A stretch of DNA of 64,000 bases from Pedobacter sp. (GTDB lineage Bacteria; Desulfobacterota; Desulfuromonadia; Desulfuromonadales; Syntrophotaleaceae): positions 384,001-448,000 of the forward strand of contig JBFWJC010000002.1 in the NCBI GenBank assembly GCA_050253415.1, read 5' to 3'. The notes below the pieces were generated by a model. That model saw only the letters and a program-made list of their open reading frames with translations, was not told the DNA's origin and made no database searches. Of the stretch, positions 29,407-37,731 are shown piece after piece (position 1 is the stretch's first letter; each line of letters opens with the position of its first letter). A program made the translations under genes and the position numbers.

Positions 29407-30303
29407 ATGAAGATCAAACTTATCGCCAATCCGGCAGCAGGTAGTGCCGCCCGCGATCGGATCAACCGGGCGGTCATGCTGCTTGAACAGCGTGGTGCGA
29501 TCGTCGATGTCGCCTTGACCGGAGCGCGTGGCGATGCCGTGCGGGCTGCAGCTGACGCCCGGCATCAGGACTATGACCGCATTGTAGCGGCCGGTGGTGA
29601 CGGCACTCTCAACGAAGTCATCAATGGCTTGGCGCCGAGCGCTATCCCCCTGGCTTTTATTCCTCTTGGCACCACCAATGTTTTTGCTTTGGAAACGGGA
29701 ATCCCGTTTGACTTGGAAAAGGCATGTGCCCTGGTATTGGATGGAACGTCGCGTTCTATATGTCTGGGGAAGGCTGATGGTCATCGCTTTCTGCTCATGG
29801 CAGGTATCGGATTCGATGCCGAGGTGGTGCGTGGAGTCAGTCTGCCTCTCAAACGGCTGGTTGGAAAAATGGCTTATGTTGTCAGCGGCCTGATCAGCCT
29901 GTGTCGCTATCGACCGCACCTGTTGGAGGTGATGACCGAGGCCGGGGTTCGCCGGCAGGCCTACGGGGTTATCATAAGTAACGGTCGTCTTTACGGTGGT
30001 CGCTTCGTCGTATCGCCCAGTGCTTCCCTGTATAGCAGATCTCTCAGCGTATGCCTGCTGCTGCGTAAAACCCGAATGGGCCTGTTGCGGACCATGGGTA
30101 AGATCGCCGCCGGCCGTCCGTTGCTGGTGGATGAGGCGATACAGTTGCGGGCGCGTAAAATCGTTGTTGGCGGCGCCGGGGTCCCCGTGCAGGTGGATGG
30201 GGATTATCTTGGAGAATTGCCGCACGTATTTCAGGCCACCTTCGGTGAGCTTCAAATGGTACTGCCGCCATGGTCTGCAGATTTGAAAGGCGAAATCCCG
30301 TGA
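29407..30303 (+). CDS. Diacylglycerol/lipid kinase (YegS/DgkB family)
   Basis: IANPAAG, AGGDGTLNEVING, PLGTTN, GIGFDA and QVDGD motifs. Confidence 0.92.
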   Translation: MKIKLIANPAAGSAARDRINRAVMLLEQRGAIVDVALTGARGDAVRAAADARHQDYDRIVAAGGDGTLNEVINGLAPSAIPLAFIPLGTTNVFALETGIPFDLEKACALVLDGTSRSICLGKADGHRFLLMAGIGFDAEVVRGVSLPLKRLVGKMAYVVSGLISLCRYRPHLLEVMTEAGVRRQAYGVIISNGRLYGGRFVVSPSASLYSRSLSVCLLLRKTRMGLLRTMGKIAAGRPLLVDEAIQLRARKIVVGGAGVPVQVDGDYLGELPHVFQATFGELQMVLPPWSADLKGEIP

Positions 30304-30815
30304 GCCGATGTCCCACACCCATATTTGATGGCCGGATTATTTCCGTGGCTCTGGAAGAACATCAACTTCCCGATGGCAGAGTTTCTACCTTTGAAATGGT
30401 CCGACACCCCGGTGGTGCGGCCGCATTGCCGGTGCTGGAAGATGGGCGTGTGATTCTCATTCGCCAGTTCCGGCCGGCAGCCGGTGGCCTGGTATGGGAA
30501 ATCCCCGCCGGACGTCTGGAGACGGATGAGGATCCGGCCGATTGTATTCGGCGTGAGCTGGAAGAGGAAATCGGCTACCGTGCCGGCTCGCTGGAGCCTC
30601 TTTGCAGCATGCTTTCCGCCATCGGCTTTTGTGATGAAAGGGTACACCTGTATATCGCCAGGGATTTGGTGCCGGTACCAAGTGCCCTGGAAGCCGATGA
30701 ATTTATTGAACCGGTCCCCATGCACATGGATACTGCCCTCAGGATGCTGGAAATCGGCGAAATCGTAGATGCTAAGACCCAGCTGGCGTTGTTGTTGGCG
30801 GATCGCCGCCGGTGA
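30300..30815 (+). CDS. NUDIX hydrolase, ADP-ribose pyrophosphatase-like
   Basis: VRHPGGA, WEIPAG..RELEEEIG, IVDAKT; GTG start overlapping the upstream stop. Confidence 0.9.
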   Translation: MSRCPTPIFDGRIISVALEEHQLPDGRVSTFEMVRHPGGAAALPVLEDGRVILIRQFRPAAGGLVWEIPAGRLETDEDPADCIRRELEEEIGYRAGSLEPLCSMLSAIGFCDERVHLYIARDLVPVPSALEADEFIEPVPMHMDTALRMLEIGEIVDAKTQLALLLADRRR

Positions 30816-30852
30816 TTGGATGAAAACCATTAAATAAAGTCAGGGGTCTTTT

Positions 30853-31764
30853 GTGAGCAGCACCGATACCTATTTTTCCTCCCCGTTGCACCTGCCCTTC
30901 AACAGCAGCTGTCTGCACGAACACTTCCATCACGGTACTCCTGATCAGGAACCCGGTGGGCCCGGATACTGGGTGCTGCTGCGTGGTTCCGAGTTGTTGC
31001 TGCAGCAACATGCCGATGGTGTGCAATTGCCATATGGCGTGCGCTCGCCGGACTGGCCGCTGTTGATCGGTGAATTGTTTGTCGGCATATGGAAGGGGGC
31101 ACCCTGCCGCCTGTTAAATTGGCCGGAGGACATTCCACTGGCGGAGGGTCTTGTTCCCTGCCAGTTGCGCGATTGGGGGACCAGCCTTCCCATTGAGCTG
31201 TTGTCGTTGGGTGGTTTGGCCAACCAGATCTGGCACTGGGAAAGCAATAGCTGTTTCTGCAGTCGCTGCGGCGGACCGATGGTGCGTCTGCCGCGCGAGT
31301 GGGGTAAACGCTGCGAAGCTTGCTCCGCAGTGCACTTCCCGCATATACACCCCTGCGCCATTACTCTGGTGCGCCGTCCCGGCGAAGTGCTTCTGACCCG
31401 CAAGGCGGAATGGCCCGACGGGCATTACAGCCTTGTAGCAGGATTCGTCAATTTTGGTGAATGTCTGGAAGAGACGGCCGTTCGCGAGATCGCCGAGGAG
31501 ACCGGGGTACGGGTCAAAAACCTTCAGTACGTCGGTAGCCAGTGCTGGCCTTTCCCCACCCAGTTGATGGCGGGCTTTATCGCTGATTACGCGGGCGGAG
31601 AGCTGGTTGTCGATTATGGCGAACTGGCTGATGCCCGTTGGTTTTCCGTCGATGCCCTGCCGCTGATGCCTCCGCGGCGCAGTATTTCCCGTTACATACT
31701 CGACAATTATCTGCATATGTCAAGATCCGGCTGCCGCACTGTGCTTCACCTTGACGGTCTGTGA
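30853..31764 (+). CDS. nudC: NAD+ diphosphatase
   Basis: Zinc finger FCSRCG..C..C, NUDIX box AGFV..GE.LEE...REIAEETG, SQCWPFP.QLM motif. Confidence 0.9.
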   Translation: MSSTDTYFSSPLHLPFNSSCLHEHFHHGTPDQEPGGPGYWVLLRGSELLLQQHADGVQLPYGVRSPDWPLLIGELFVGIWKGAPCRLLNWPEDIPLAEGLVPCQLRDWGTSLPIELLSLGGLANQIWHWESNSCFCSRCGGPMVRLPREWGKRCEACSAVHFPHIHPCAITLVRRPGEVLLTRKAEWPDGHYSLVAGFVNFGECLEETAVREIAEETGVRVKNLQYVGSQCWPFPTQLMAGFIADYAGGELVVDYGELADARWFSVDALPLMPPRRSISRYILDNYLHMSRSGCRTVLHLDGL

Positions 31765-31892
31765 AAATTCGTAGCAGGTGTCGGGTTTTCCGTCCTTGCG
31801 GGTTGCCGGATGATGAATCTCGGGCAAACTGTAATCAGTAAGATCCTGTTTGTGTGTTAATGGGGCTACTTGCTTGAAGGGGAGATCGGGAC

Positions 31893-32060
31893 ATGTTTAT
31901 GGATTCCATACGTGCGCTGCTGGGGGATAGTCTGTATGAATGGACTTTGCAATTGGGGCAAATGATGGACCGGCTCTGGAGTTCGCTGTTAGTCTGGCGA
32001 CTTCTGGTGCTCGTGTTGGTGATCTGTCTGGTTAGCAAAAGTTGTCGCCGCCCGAAGTAG
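31893..32060 (+). CDS. 55-aa putative single-pass membrane protein (below ORF-track cutoff)
   Basis: MFMDSIRALLGDSLYEWTLQLGQMMDRLWSSLLVWRLLVLVLVICLVSKSCRRPK*, preceded by GAAGGGGAG. Confidence 0.45.
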   Translation: MFMDSIRALLGDSLYEWTLQLGQMMDRLWSSLLVWRLLVLVLVICLVSKSCRRPK

Positions 32061-32103
32061 GGATCAGGATTTTTCGGATTTTAATCGCCCGGGAAAAAGA
32101 TCA

Positions 32104-32148
32104 AAAAGGTCATCCGAAGCAATTTTTTCATGCTTCTGGTGGCCTTTT
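32104..32148. terminator. Imperfect hairpin between convergent genes
   Basis: aaaaggtcatccgaagca ... tgcttctggtggcctttt. Confidence 0.45.
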
Positions 32149-32184
32149 GGCGTCTGTGGTGCCGATTTGGACACGATGTGGCGT

Positions 32185-34251
32185 TCACTCCTGAAGTTTT
32201 TCCACCTTGCACATGAAACAGCGATTGGACGGAGTGGCGGTGACCGGGTTACGGCAGGCGTCGTCGGTCAGGTTGTTGAGACTCAGCTGTGCATCGGCTT
32301 CCCCCCAGCCCCAGGCGATGAGGATGGAGCCGACGTGCACCACTTCCGAAATACGGGCTTTCATGCGGATGGAGCCGTTGGGGGTTGAAACCTGCAGCCT
32401 ATTGCCATCGTCAATGCCGAGTCTGGTTGCATCGTCGGGGTGGATATCGATGAATCCCTCCGGTTCCTGCTGCAGCAAGGATGGAATCTGATGGAACTGA
32501 CTGTGGGTATAGCGGTTGCTGCGTTCGCCGCTGATGCCGATAAAAGGGTATTCCGAGGCGCGGTCGGCAAAGCTCAGCGGGTTGCCGCCAAAGCCCTTCC
32601 CGAAGGGTACTGGTGGGAAGCCGTGTTCAGCGAGTCGGTTGGAGGAGAATTCCACCTTGCCGGAGGGGGTGCGCAATCCTTGTCGGCGAAATTTCTCGAA
32701 GGCCACTGCACCGGTGCGCACACCTTGGGGGGCTTCGCGCAGTTGTTCCACGGTGACGCCAGTCGGCTCCAACTGATAGTTGATGGCTTGTTCAACGGTT
32801 CGCCAGGGGAAGTCATCCTTCAGTCCGAGTCTGTGACCCAGCTCAAAGGTGATTTTCCAGTCCGGCCAGCTGTCTGCGATGCAGTCGATAACCTGGTCTT
32901 GCAAGACAATCAGGTTGTTGCGTAAAGCCGCCCGGTTGAGCTGGGTTTTCTCGAAACACCCCGCAGCGGGCAACACGATGTCGGCCAGCCGGGTGGTTTG
33001 GGTGGCAAACAGGTCGATGGCCACCAGACAATCGAGTTTTTGCAGCGCTTTGCGTACCCGATGAGCATCTGTCATGGTGACTGCCGGGTTGCCGGACTGT
33101 ACGATCAGCATGTGGATGGGGTAGGGGCGCTCCTCCAAAATGGCATCGATCAGGGCGGATTGGGCGTGCAGCCCCCAGTTGGGGTGGAAGGTGCTGAACA
33201 AGGGATATGCGTGGGTTACTGGAGGTGTATCGGTTTTTAATCGCTCGGTAAGTTGAATGTTGCGCGCCGGCACCGGTTGTGGAATCAGGTCGCCGCCTGG
33301 CCGGTCGAGATTGCCGGTCAAGGCGCGCAGCATGCACACCGCGCGGGTGGCGTCGAATACCTGCAGCTGCATGTCGAGACCGTTGCCGTCGATGATGCAG
33401 GCCGGTGAGGTCGTTGCGTACAGGCGTGCGGTTCTGCGGATGATGGCAGGATCCAGCCAGAGATCGGCGGCGACTTTTTCGGGAGCAAAGGCCTGCGCGG
33501 TACGCCGCAAATCGTCCAAGCCGGTGCACCACTTGCTCACGAAGTCCTGGTCGTACAGCCCCTCCTCGATGATTGTGTGGATCATGGCCATGGCCAGCAG
33601 TCCATCGTGGCCCGATTTGATTTGCAGCCAGATGTCGGCCATTTTTGCCAGCGGCGTGCGTATCGGGTCGATGACAATCAGGCGGGCTCCCTGTTGCCGC
33701 GCTTGCAGGATGGCTTCAAAGGCCGGAGGACAGGTGTTCTGGTCGTTTTTCCCCCAGACCATGATGCAGCGCGATTCCCTCGCCTGGGGGATGGTCATGG
33801 CGCCGTAGGTGAACGTGTGTGCCATTTCGCGCGCGACATGGCACACGGAGCCGTTGCCGATGGCGTTGGGAGAGCCGAAGGCATGCATCAGGCGGGTGGC
33901 GTAATCCCAGGGGGCGCCCCAGTCGGCGGCCATGCCGCGCAACCAGGCGACGGATTGCGCCCCATGACCCTGTTTAAAATGTTGCATGCGTTCGGCGACG
34001 GCGTCGAGGGCTTCGTCCCAGCTGGCTTCACGAAAAATAAGCTGGCCGCGGCGGCGGTCCCTGATCAGCGGTGTGGTCAAACGTTTGGGGGAGTAGGTAA
34101 TGTCAACGGCCGCCTGCAGTTTGGGACACAGCAGTTGTTGCTCCGGTGGCAAAGAGGATTTGCGCCGCGCAGCGGCCAGTCTGCCGTCGCGGATATCGGC
34201 TTCCACGGAGCAGCAGGCGGAACACAGACGGCAGACGGTAGCCTTTTTCAT
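32185..34251 (-). CDS. Cytoplasmic Mo/W-bisPGD oxidoreductase, acetylene-hydratase-like branch, with N-terminal 4Fe-4S motif
   Basis: CRLCSACC..CPK Fe-S motif, RLTTPL, SWDEALD, likely metal-ligating Cys in GSVCH, LTGNLDRPGG, ADIVLPA, TPSGKVEF, IHPDDA; no Tat signal; AAGGAGG ribosome site. Confidence 0.9.
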   Translation of the reverse strand: MKKATVCRLCSACCSVEADIRDGRLAAARRKSSLPPEQQLLCPKLQAAVDITYSPKRLTTPLIRDRRRGQLIFREASWDEALDAVAERMQHFKQGHGAQSVAWLRGMAADWGAPWDYATRLMHAFGSPNAIGNGSVCHVAREMAHTFTYGAMTIPQARESRCIMVWGKNDQNTCPPAFEAILQARQQGARLIVIDPIRTPLAKMADIWLQIKSGHDGLLAMAMIHTIIEEGLYDQDFVSKWCTGLDDLRRTAQAFAPEKVAADLWLDPAIIRRTARLYATTSPACIIDGNGLDMQLQVFDATRAVCMLRALTGNLDRPGGDLIPQPVPARNIQLTERLKTDTPPVTHAYPLFSTFHPNWGLHAQSALIDAILEERPYPIHMLIVQSGNPAVTMTDAHRVRKALQKLDCLVAIDLFATQTTRLADIVLPAAGCFEKTQLNRAALRNNLIVLQDQVIDCIADSWPDWKITFELGHRLGLKDDFPWRTVEQAINYQLEPTGVTVEQLREAPQGVRTGAVAFEKFRRQGLRTPSGKVEFSSNRLAEHGFPPVPFGKGFGGNPLSFADRASEYPFIGISGERSNRYTHSQFHQIPSLLQQEPEGFIDIHPDDATRLGIDDGNRLQVSTPNGSIRMKARISEVVHVGSILIAWGWGEADAQLSLNNLTDDACRNPVTATPSNRCFMCKVEKLQE

Positions 34252-34280
34252 GGCAGCCTCCTTGTTTTTCCTTCCGGCGG

Positions 34281-35219
34281 TTAGCGGTGGGCTTTAACGT
34301 AACAACTGCGGATCAGTTCAAAATGATTGGCATGGGTGCGGATTTTCCACCAGACATGCCCTTGCCGCTCGATCTGCCAGGCGGTTCGCAGGGCCTGCTG
34401 GTCTCCGCGCAGCAGGGCGGTAATATTGTCCAGTCCTCGCCCAGCAAACGGTTGGTTGGTTTTGCCGCCAAGCCAGTGGTGTTCTTCGGCCGCCTCCAGC
34501 GACCAGGAAAACGGGTCGGATACCAGGGCCTGGGCATCATTGCGGCGTGCGACGCGGTCCATTTCGGTCAAGTGCTGCAACGGACGGGGGAGTTTGTCCA
34601 CCAGATTGAGCGAGGCCAGGCAGGTAAAAATGCCGGAACGAAACGGCAGCGCCTGGGCATCCCCGACAATGAATTCGATGTTCTCGGAATGCCAGTCTTC
34701 AGGCAGTTTCAGCGTGACCTCGCGATTCAGCAGTCCCTCTTCCGGCAGCGATATGATTTTGCTACGCCGGGTTAATAGTTCCCGGGCTGCGCGGATAAAG
34801 GATTCGGATTTGTCGATCCCGATGACGAAGTCGCACTTGTTCTGCATTTCAAAGGCGAACCGTCCGACAGCCGCGCCGATATCAAGGGCCGGGCCGTTGA
34901 CGGGGGCGATCAGATCTGCCCACTGGCGGTATGCGTCAGAAGCCTCAGGATCGCCCAGCACATCGCCGTAATGGCTCCACAGGTAGGATGCCAGGGCTCT
35001 GGGGGATTCGTAACCGATGCCCTGTTGTCGTGGAGTCGCGGAAGGGGTATCCAGAAAGGCCAGCCCATCGCGGACCGGATACAGGCCACCGCACCGATCG
35101 CAGCGCAGCGCACCTTCCAGAATGTCATCCCGATCTTGCCGGTGGACGGTAGCGTCCAACGGGATTTCTTCGGGCAGGCACGCCGGGCAGACGAGCATCG
35201 TCAGTAGACGGCTTTTCAT
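34281..35219 (-). CDS. SAM-dependent methyltransferase of the OvoA C-terminal (mercaptohistidine N-methyltransferase) type with N-terminal Trm112-like Zn ribbon
   Basis: Start reassigned to MKSRLL (35219, AAGGA site). LVCPAC..LRCDRC..YPVRDG, then YES...SYLWSHYG, ALDIGAAVGRFAFE, GIDKS..FI, PEEG.L, GDAQAL, NLVDKL..P, PFSW, WLGG, IR....F. Confidence 0.8.
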   Translation of the reverse strand: MKSRLLTMLVCPACLPEEIPLDATVHRQDRDDILEGALRCDRCGGLYPVRDGLAFLDTPSATPRQQGIGYESPRALASYLWSHYGDVLGDPEASDAYRQWADLIAPVNGPALDIGAAVGRFAFEMQNKCDFVIGIDKSESFIRAARELLTRRSKIISLPEEGLLNREVTLKLPEDWHSENIEFIVGDAQALPFRSGIFTCLASLNLVDKLPRPLQHLTEMDRVARRNDAQALVSDPFSWSLEAAEEHHWLGGKTNQPFAGRGLDNITALLRGDQQALRTAWQIERQGHVWWKIRTHANHFELIRSCYVKAHR

Positions 35220-35230
35220 GGGGAGTTCCT

Positions 35231-35599
35231 TTAAGGTAGTAGCCGGAACAGGATGGCGGAAACCAGCAGCAGCAGCCCCGCAACAAACAGAGTGTGCGTC
35301 ATGTAGGCCAGCCTGGTCGGTACCGCCTTGTAATCCTGCGCGATGACCCGCGGTGGCAACTGGTTGAAATTCTCCAGTTCCTGCTGCGATATGCCCAGCG
35401 GTACGGCGTGGTCCCTGATCTGTTCGTGCCGCTCTTTGGCCGCCAGCAGCAGATGTTTCTGAACATGACCGCACAGCATCAGGTAGGTGATACCAAGCGC
35501 CAGGCAAAGCCAGAAAAGATCCTGGTGACCGATGCCGTACAAAGCGATAGTGGCCAACGTGTAGACAATGATGCCGGTTCTGCGCAGCCAGACAGACAT
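35231..35599 (-). CDS. Hypothetical membrane protein (3 TM), first gene of the operon
   Basis: Hydrophobic N- and C-terminal helices; GAGGTG site; ends 11 bp before the methyltransferase start. Confidence 0.7.
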   Translation of the reverse strand: MSVWLRRTGIIVYTLATIALYGIGHQDLFWLCLALGITYLMLCGHVQKHLLLAAKERHEQIRDHAVPLGISQQELENFNQLPPRVIAQDYKAVPTRLAYMTHTLFVAGLLLLVSAILFRLLP

Positions 35600-35880
35600 G
35601 GACTCACCTCGGAGGCAAGGGGTTCAGGAGTTTGTTGCTGCTACAAAAATACCATAAATTCAGGCCTCGCCTATCTGGAGGCGCCACATTGTGTCCGTTT
35701 GCAGCACAAACGGCGGGATTATTGACAATCGTGAAGACTGGGTTCAGGATTGCGCTTATAGGCAACCATAAATGTGCAAGATCGGGGTGCAGCTGTCTTT
35801 GTAAGGTACTTTGAAATCGCTGGGGAAGTGGCCGGTTGAGGCTCTTGACAGCCCGGATGCCTACCCGGCATTATCGTAAT

Positions 35881-36831
35881 ATGATGAGCATTCGCGAAAA
35901 AATAGCAAGTATGGCCGCAGTCTCACCGGTTGTCGGTCGTTTTGCGCCCAGCCCGACGGGAGCGTTGCATTTCGGGTCCTTGGTGACCGCAGTGGGCAGT
36001 TATTGTCTGGCCAAAAGTGCCGGTGGCTTGTGGCTGGTGCGCATGGAAGACCTGGACGGGCCGCGGGTGGTGCCGGGAGCGGCAGCGGAGATTTTGCGCA
36101 GCCTGGAGGCGCTGGATCTGCATTGGGACGGCGAAGTGCTCTACCAGAGTCAGCGTACAGCGGCTTACGAAGCGGCCTTGGAGAGGTTGCGCAAGGGAGG
36201 TCATGTCTTTCCCTGCGCCTGTTCGCGCAAGGAGGTATTGGCCAGCGCGCCTCATCGTGGCGAAGAAGGACCGATCTATGCGGGGAGTTGCCGCGAGGGT
36301 CTGCCTCCCGATCGCGAAGCGCGCGCCTGGCGCATGCGTGTGCCGCATCAAACGGTCGCGTTCCATGACTGTCTGGGCACGCACCATCAGCAGTGCCTGG
36401 CCAGCGAGGTCGGTGATTTTGTGCTGCGCCGGGCCGATGGCCTGTTTGCCTATCAGTTGGCAGTGGTGGTCGACGATGCGGAATCCGGTGTCACCCAGGT
36501 GGTGCGCGGTGCCGATCTGCTCAGCAGCACTCCCCGGCAAATTTACCTGCATCACTGCCTCGGTTATACGGTGCCCTGCTATGCGCACCTGCCCCTTGTA
36601 ATGGCCGCCAACGGTGAAAAGGTCAGCAAACGCCACGGTACGATTAAGCTGGATAGTGCCGGTGGCGGAAGATTGATATGGCAGGCGTTGCGGTTTTTGG
36701 GGCAGCCGGTCCCGGAAACGTTGCAAACAGCATCGGCCAGAGAGGTGTTGTCTTGGGGGGTGGCGCATTTCGACACGACGCAGGTGCCGAAGGAAGGTTC
36801 TGGGTGTCAAGGACAAGTGACTAGTGACTAG
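35881..36831 (+). CDS. gluQ: Glutamyl-Q tRNA(Asp) synthetase
   Basis: GRFAPSPTGALHFGS, RMEDLD, CACSR, YQLAVVVDD, VVRGADL, KVSK; short, no anticodon domain; start uncertain (35881 or 35911). Confidence 0.92.
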   Translation: MMSIREKIASMAAVSPVVGRFAPSPTGALHFGSLVTAVGSYCLAKSAGGLWLVRMEDLDGPRVVPGAAAEILRSLEALDLHWDGEVLYQSQRTAAYEAALERLRKGGHVFPCACSRKEVLASAPHRGEEGPIYAGSCREGLPPDREARAWRMRVPHQTVAFHDCLGTHHQQCLASEVGDFVLRRADGLFAYQLAVVVDDAESGVTQVVRGADLLSSTPRQIYLHHCLGYTVPCYAHLPLVMAANGEKVSKRHGTIKLDSAGGGRLIWQALRFLGQPVPETLQTASAREVLSWGVAHFDTTQVPKEGSGCQGQVTSD

Positions 36832-36862
36832 TGACTAGTGACTAGTGACTAGTGACTAGTGA
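36816..36862 (+). repeat. Perfect heptamer tandem repeat (AGTGACT)x6 plus AGTGA
   Basis: Read directly; contains the gluQ stop codon. Confidence 0.95.
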
Positions 36863-36900
36863 ACAAAGGCCGAAACCCGCGAGGGTTTCGGCCTTTGTTC
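36861..36900. terminator. Bidirectional intrinsic terminator
   Basis: gaacaaaggccgaaaccc-gcga-gggtttcggcctttgttc perfect stem. Confidence 0.85.
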
Positions 36901-36912
36901 TGATTCAAAAAC

Positions 36913-37731
36913 TTACCATCCTGCCGGCAGTTCGAAGGGAACGGTAAGTCCGGTGCGCAGGCTCCAGTCTTCGCTTCTGCTGACAAAGCCGACGGAGCCG
37001 CCCAGATCCCAGGTGAAGGGCCCTACTTGTGTCTGTACTCCGGCCCGCAGTGCACCGCGGTTGTTCACCGAGTCGTCCCCTTCCGTTCCTTCTATAGAGA
37101 GCAACGCGTCCATGGTGTCCTGCAGTACCGGAATGCGCACACCGACGCCGTACCTCCATACGTCGTCCTGTCCGTCGTTGCCGGAGCGCGGATCGCCAAG
37201 GATTGCCAGTCCGGCATTTACGTACAGTGTGAAGAGGGGGTAGTTGCGGGTAAACAGGGCATCGATGAAGATGTCGGCTTCGTCGGTGCCGAAATCATCC
37301 TCGTTGTCGGCGTTGGGCAACTTGGTGGCAAGGCGCAGGGCGATGGCCGGCAACCGCAGCGATTCCCGCCACAGACGGACCTTGAGGCCGAGGGTTACGT
37401 CGCCGCTACCCCATTTATCGCCCTGGCCATTTTCACGCAGATGCAGATAGCTGTATTGCAACTGTGCCTCCACCCGTTCAGCAAGACCCAGGTTGATAGT
37501 CAGAGACGGCACTTCCATAACGCGGCGGTCACGGTCCTCGCTCTGGAACTGGTTGCGCATGTCGTCTGCATAAGAAAAGCCGATGCGGAGCTCGGCCTGA
37601 TTTTTTTGCAGGAGTTGGCCATCCTGCAGGCCGGTTGGTTCGAGGCTGGTAGCCAGGACAGGGCCGGCGATCAGTAGCAGGGTGAAGGAAGTGAGAAACA
37701 TCTTGCGGATTGCGGCATATGGTGCGTTCAT
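36913..37731 (-). CDS. Putative outer-membrane beta-barrel channel
   Basis: Signal peptide; alternating beta-strand pattern; GSGDVTLGLK and KLPNAD....GTDE; C-terminal aromatic residues; GGAGG site before ATG 37731. Confidence 0.7.
   Translation of the reverse strand: MNAPYAAIRKMFLTSFTLLLIAGPVLATSLEPTGLQDGQLLQKNQAELRIGFSYADDMRNQFQSEDRDRRVMEVPSLTINLGLAERVEAQLQYSYLHLRENGQGDKWGSGDVTLGLKVRLWRESLRLPAIALRLATKLPNADNEDDFGTDEADIFIDALFTRNYPLFTLYVNAGLAILGDPRSGNDGQDDVWRYGVGVRIPVLQDTMDALLSIEGTEGDDSVNNRGALRAGVQTQVGPFTWDLGGSVGFVSRSEDWSLRTGLTVPFELPAGW

Noticed and set aside
32185..34251. Annotation as formate dehydrogenase, nitrate reductase or a selenoprotein
   Set aside because: No Tat signal, partner subunits or in-frame TGA, and the ligand region (GSVCH) and overall layout fit the acetylene-hydratase-like branch better.
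35220..35507. N-terminal extension of the 408-aa methyltransferase ORF; similar extensions for 1365, 17574, 23908 and 61189 starts
   Set aside because: They overlap neighbouring genes; downstream starts have ribosome sites or stop-start coupling and begin at domain boundaries.
36816..36862. Tandem repeat or 9-mer elements as a CRISPR array
   Set aside because: No unique spacers between 23-47-bp direct repeats and no cas genes.
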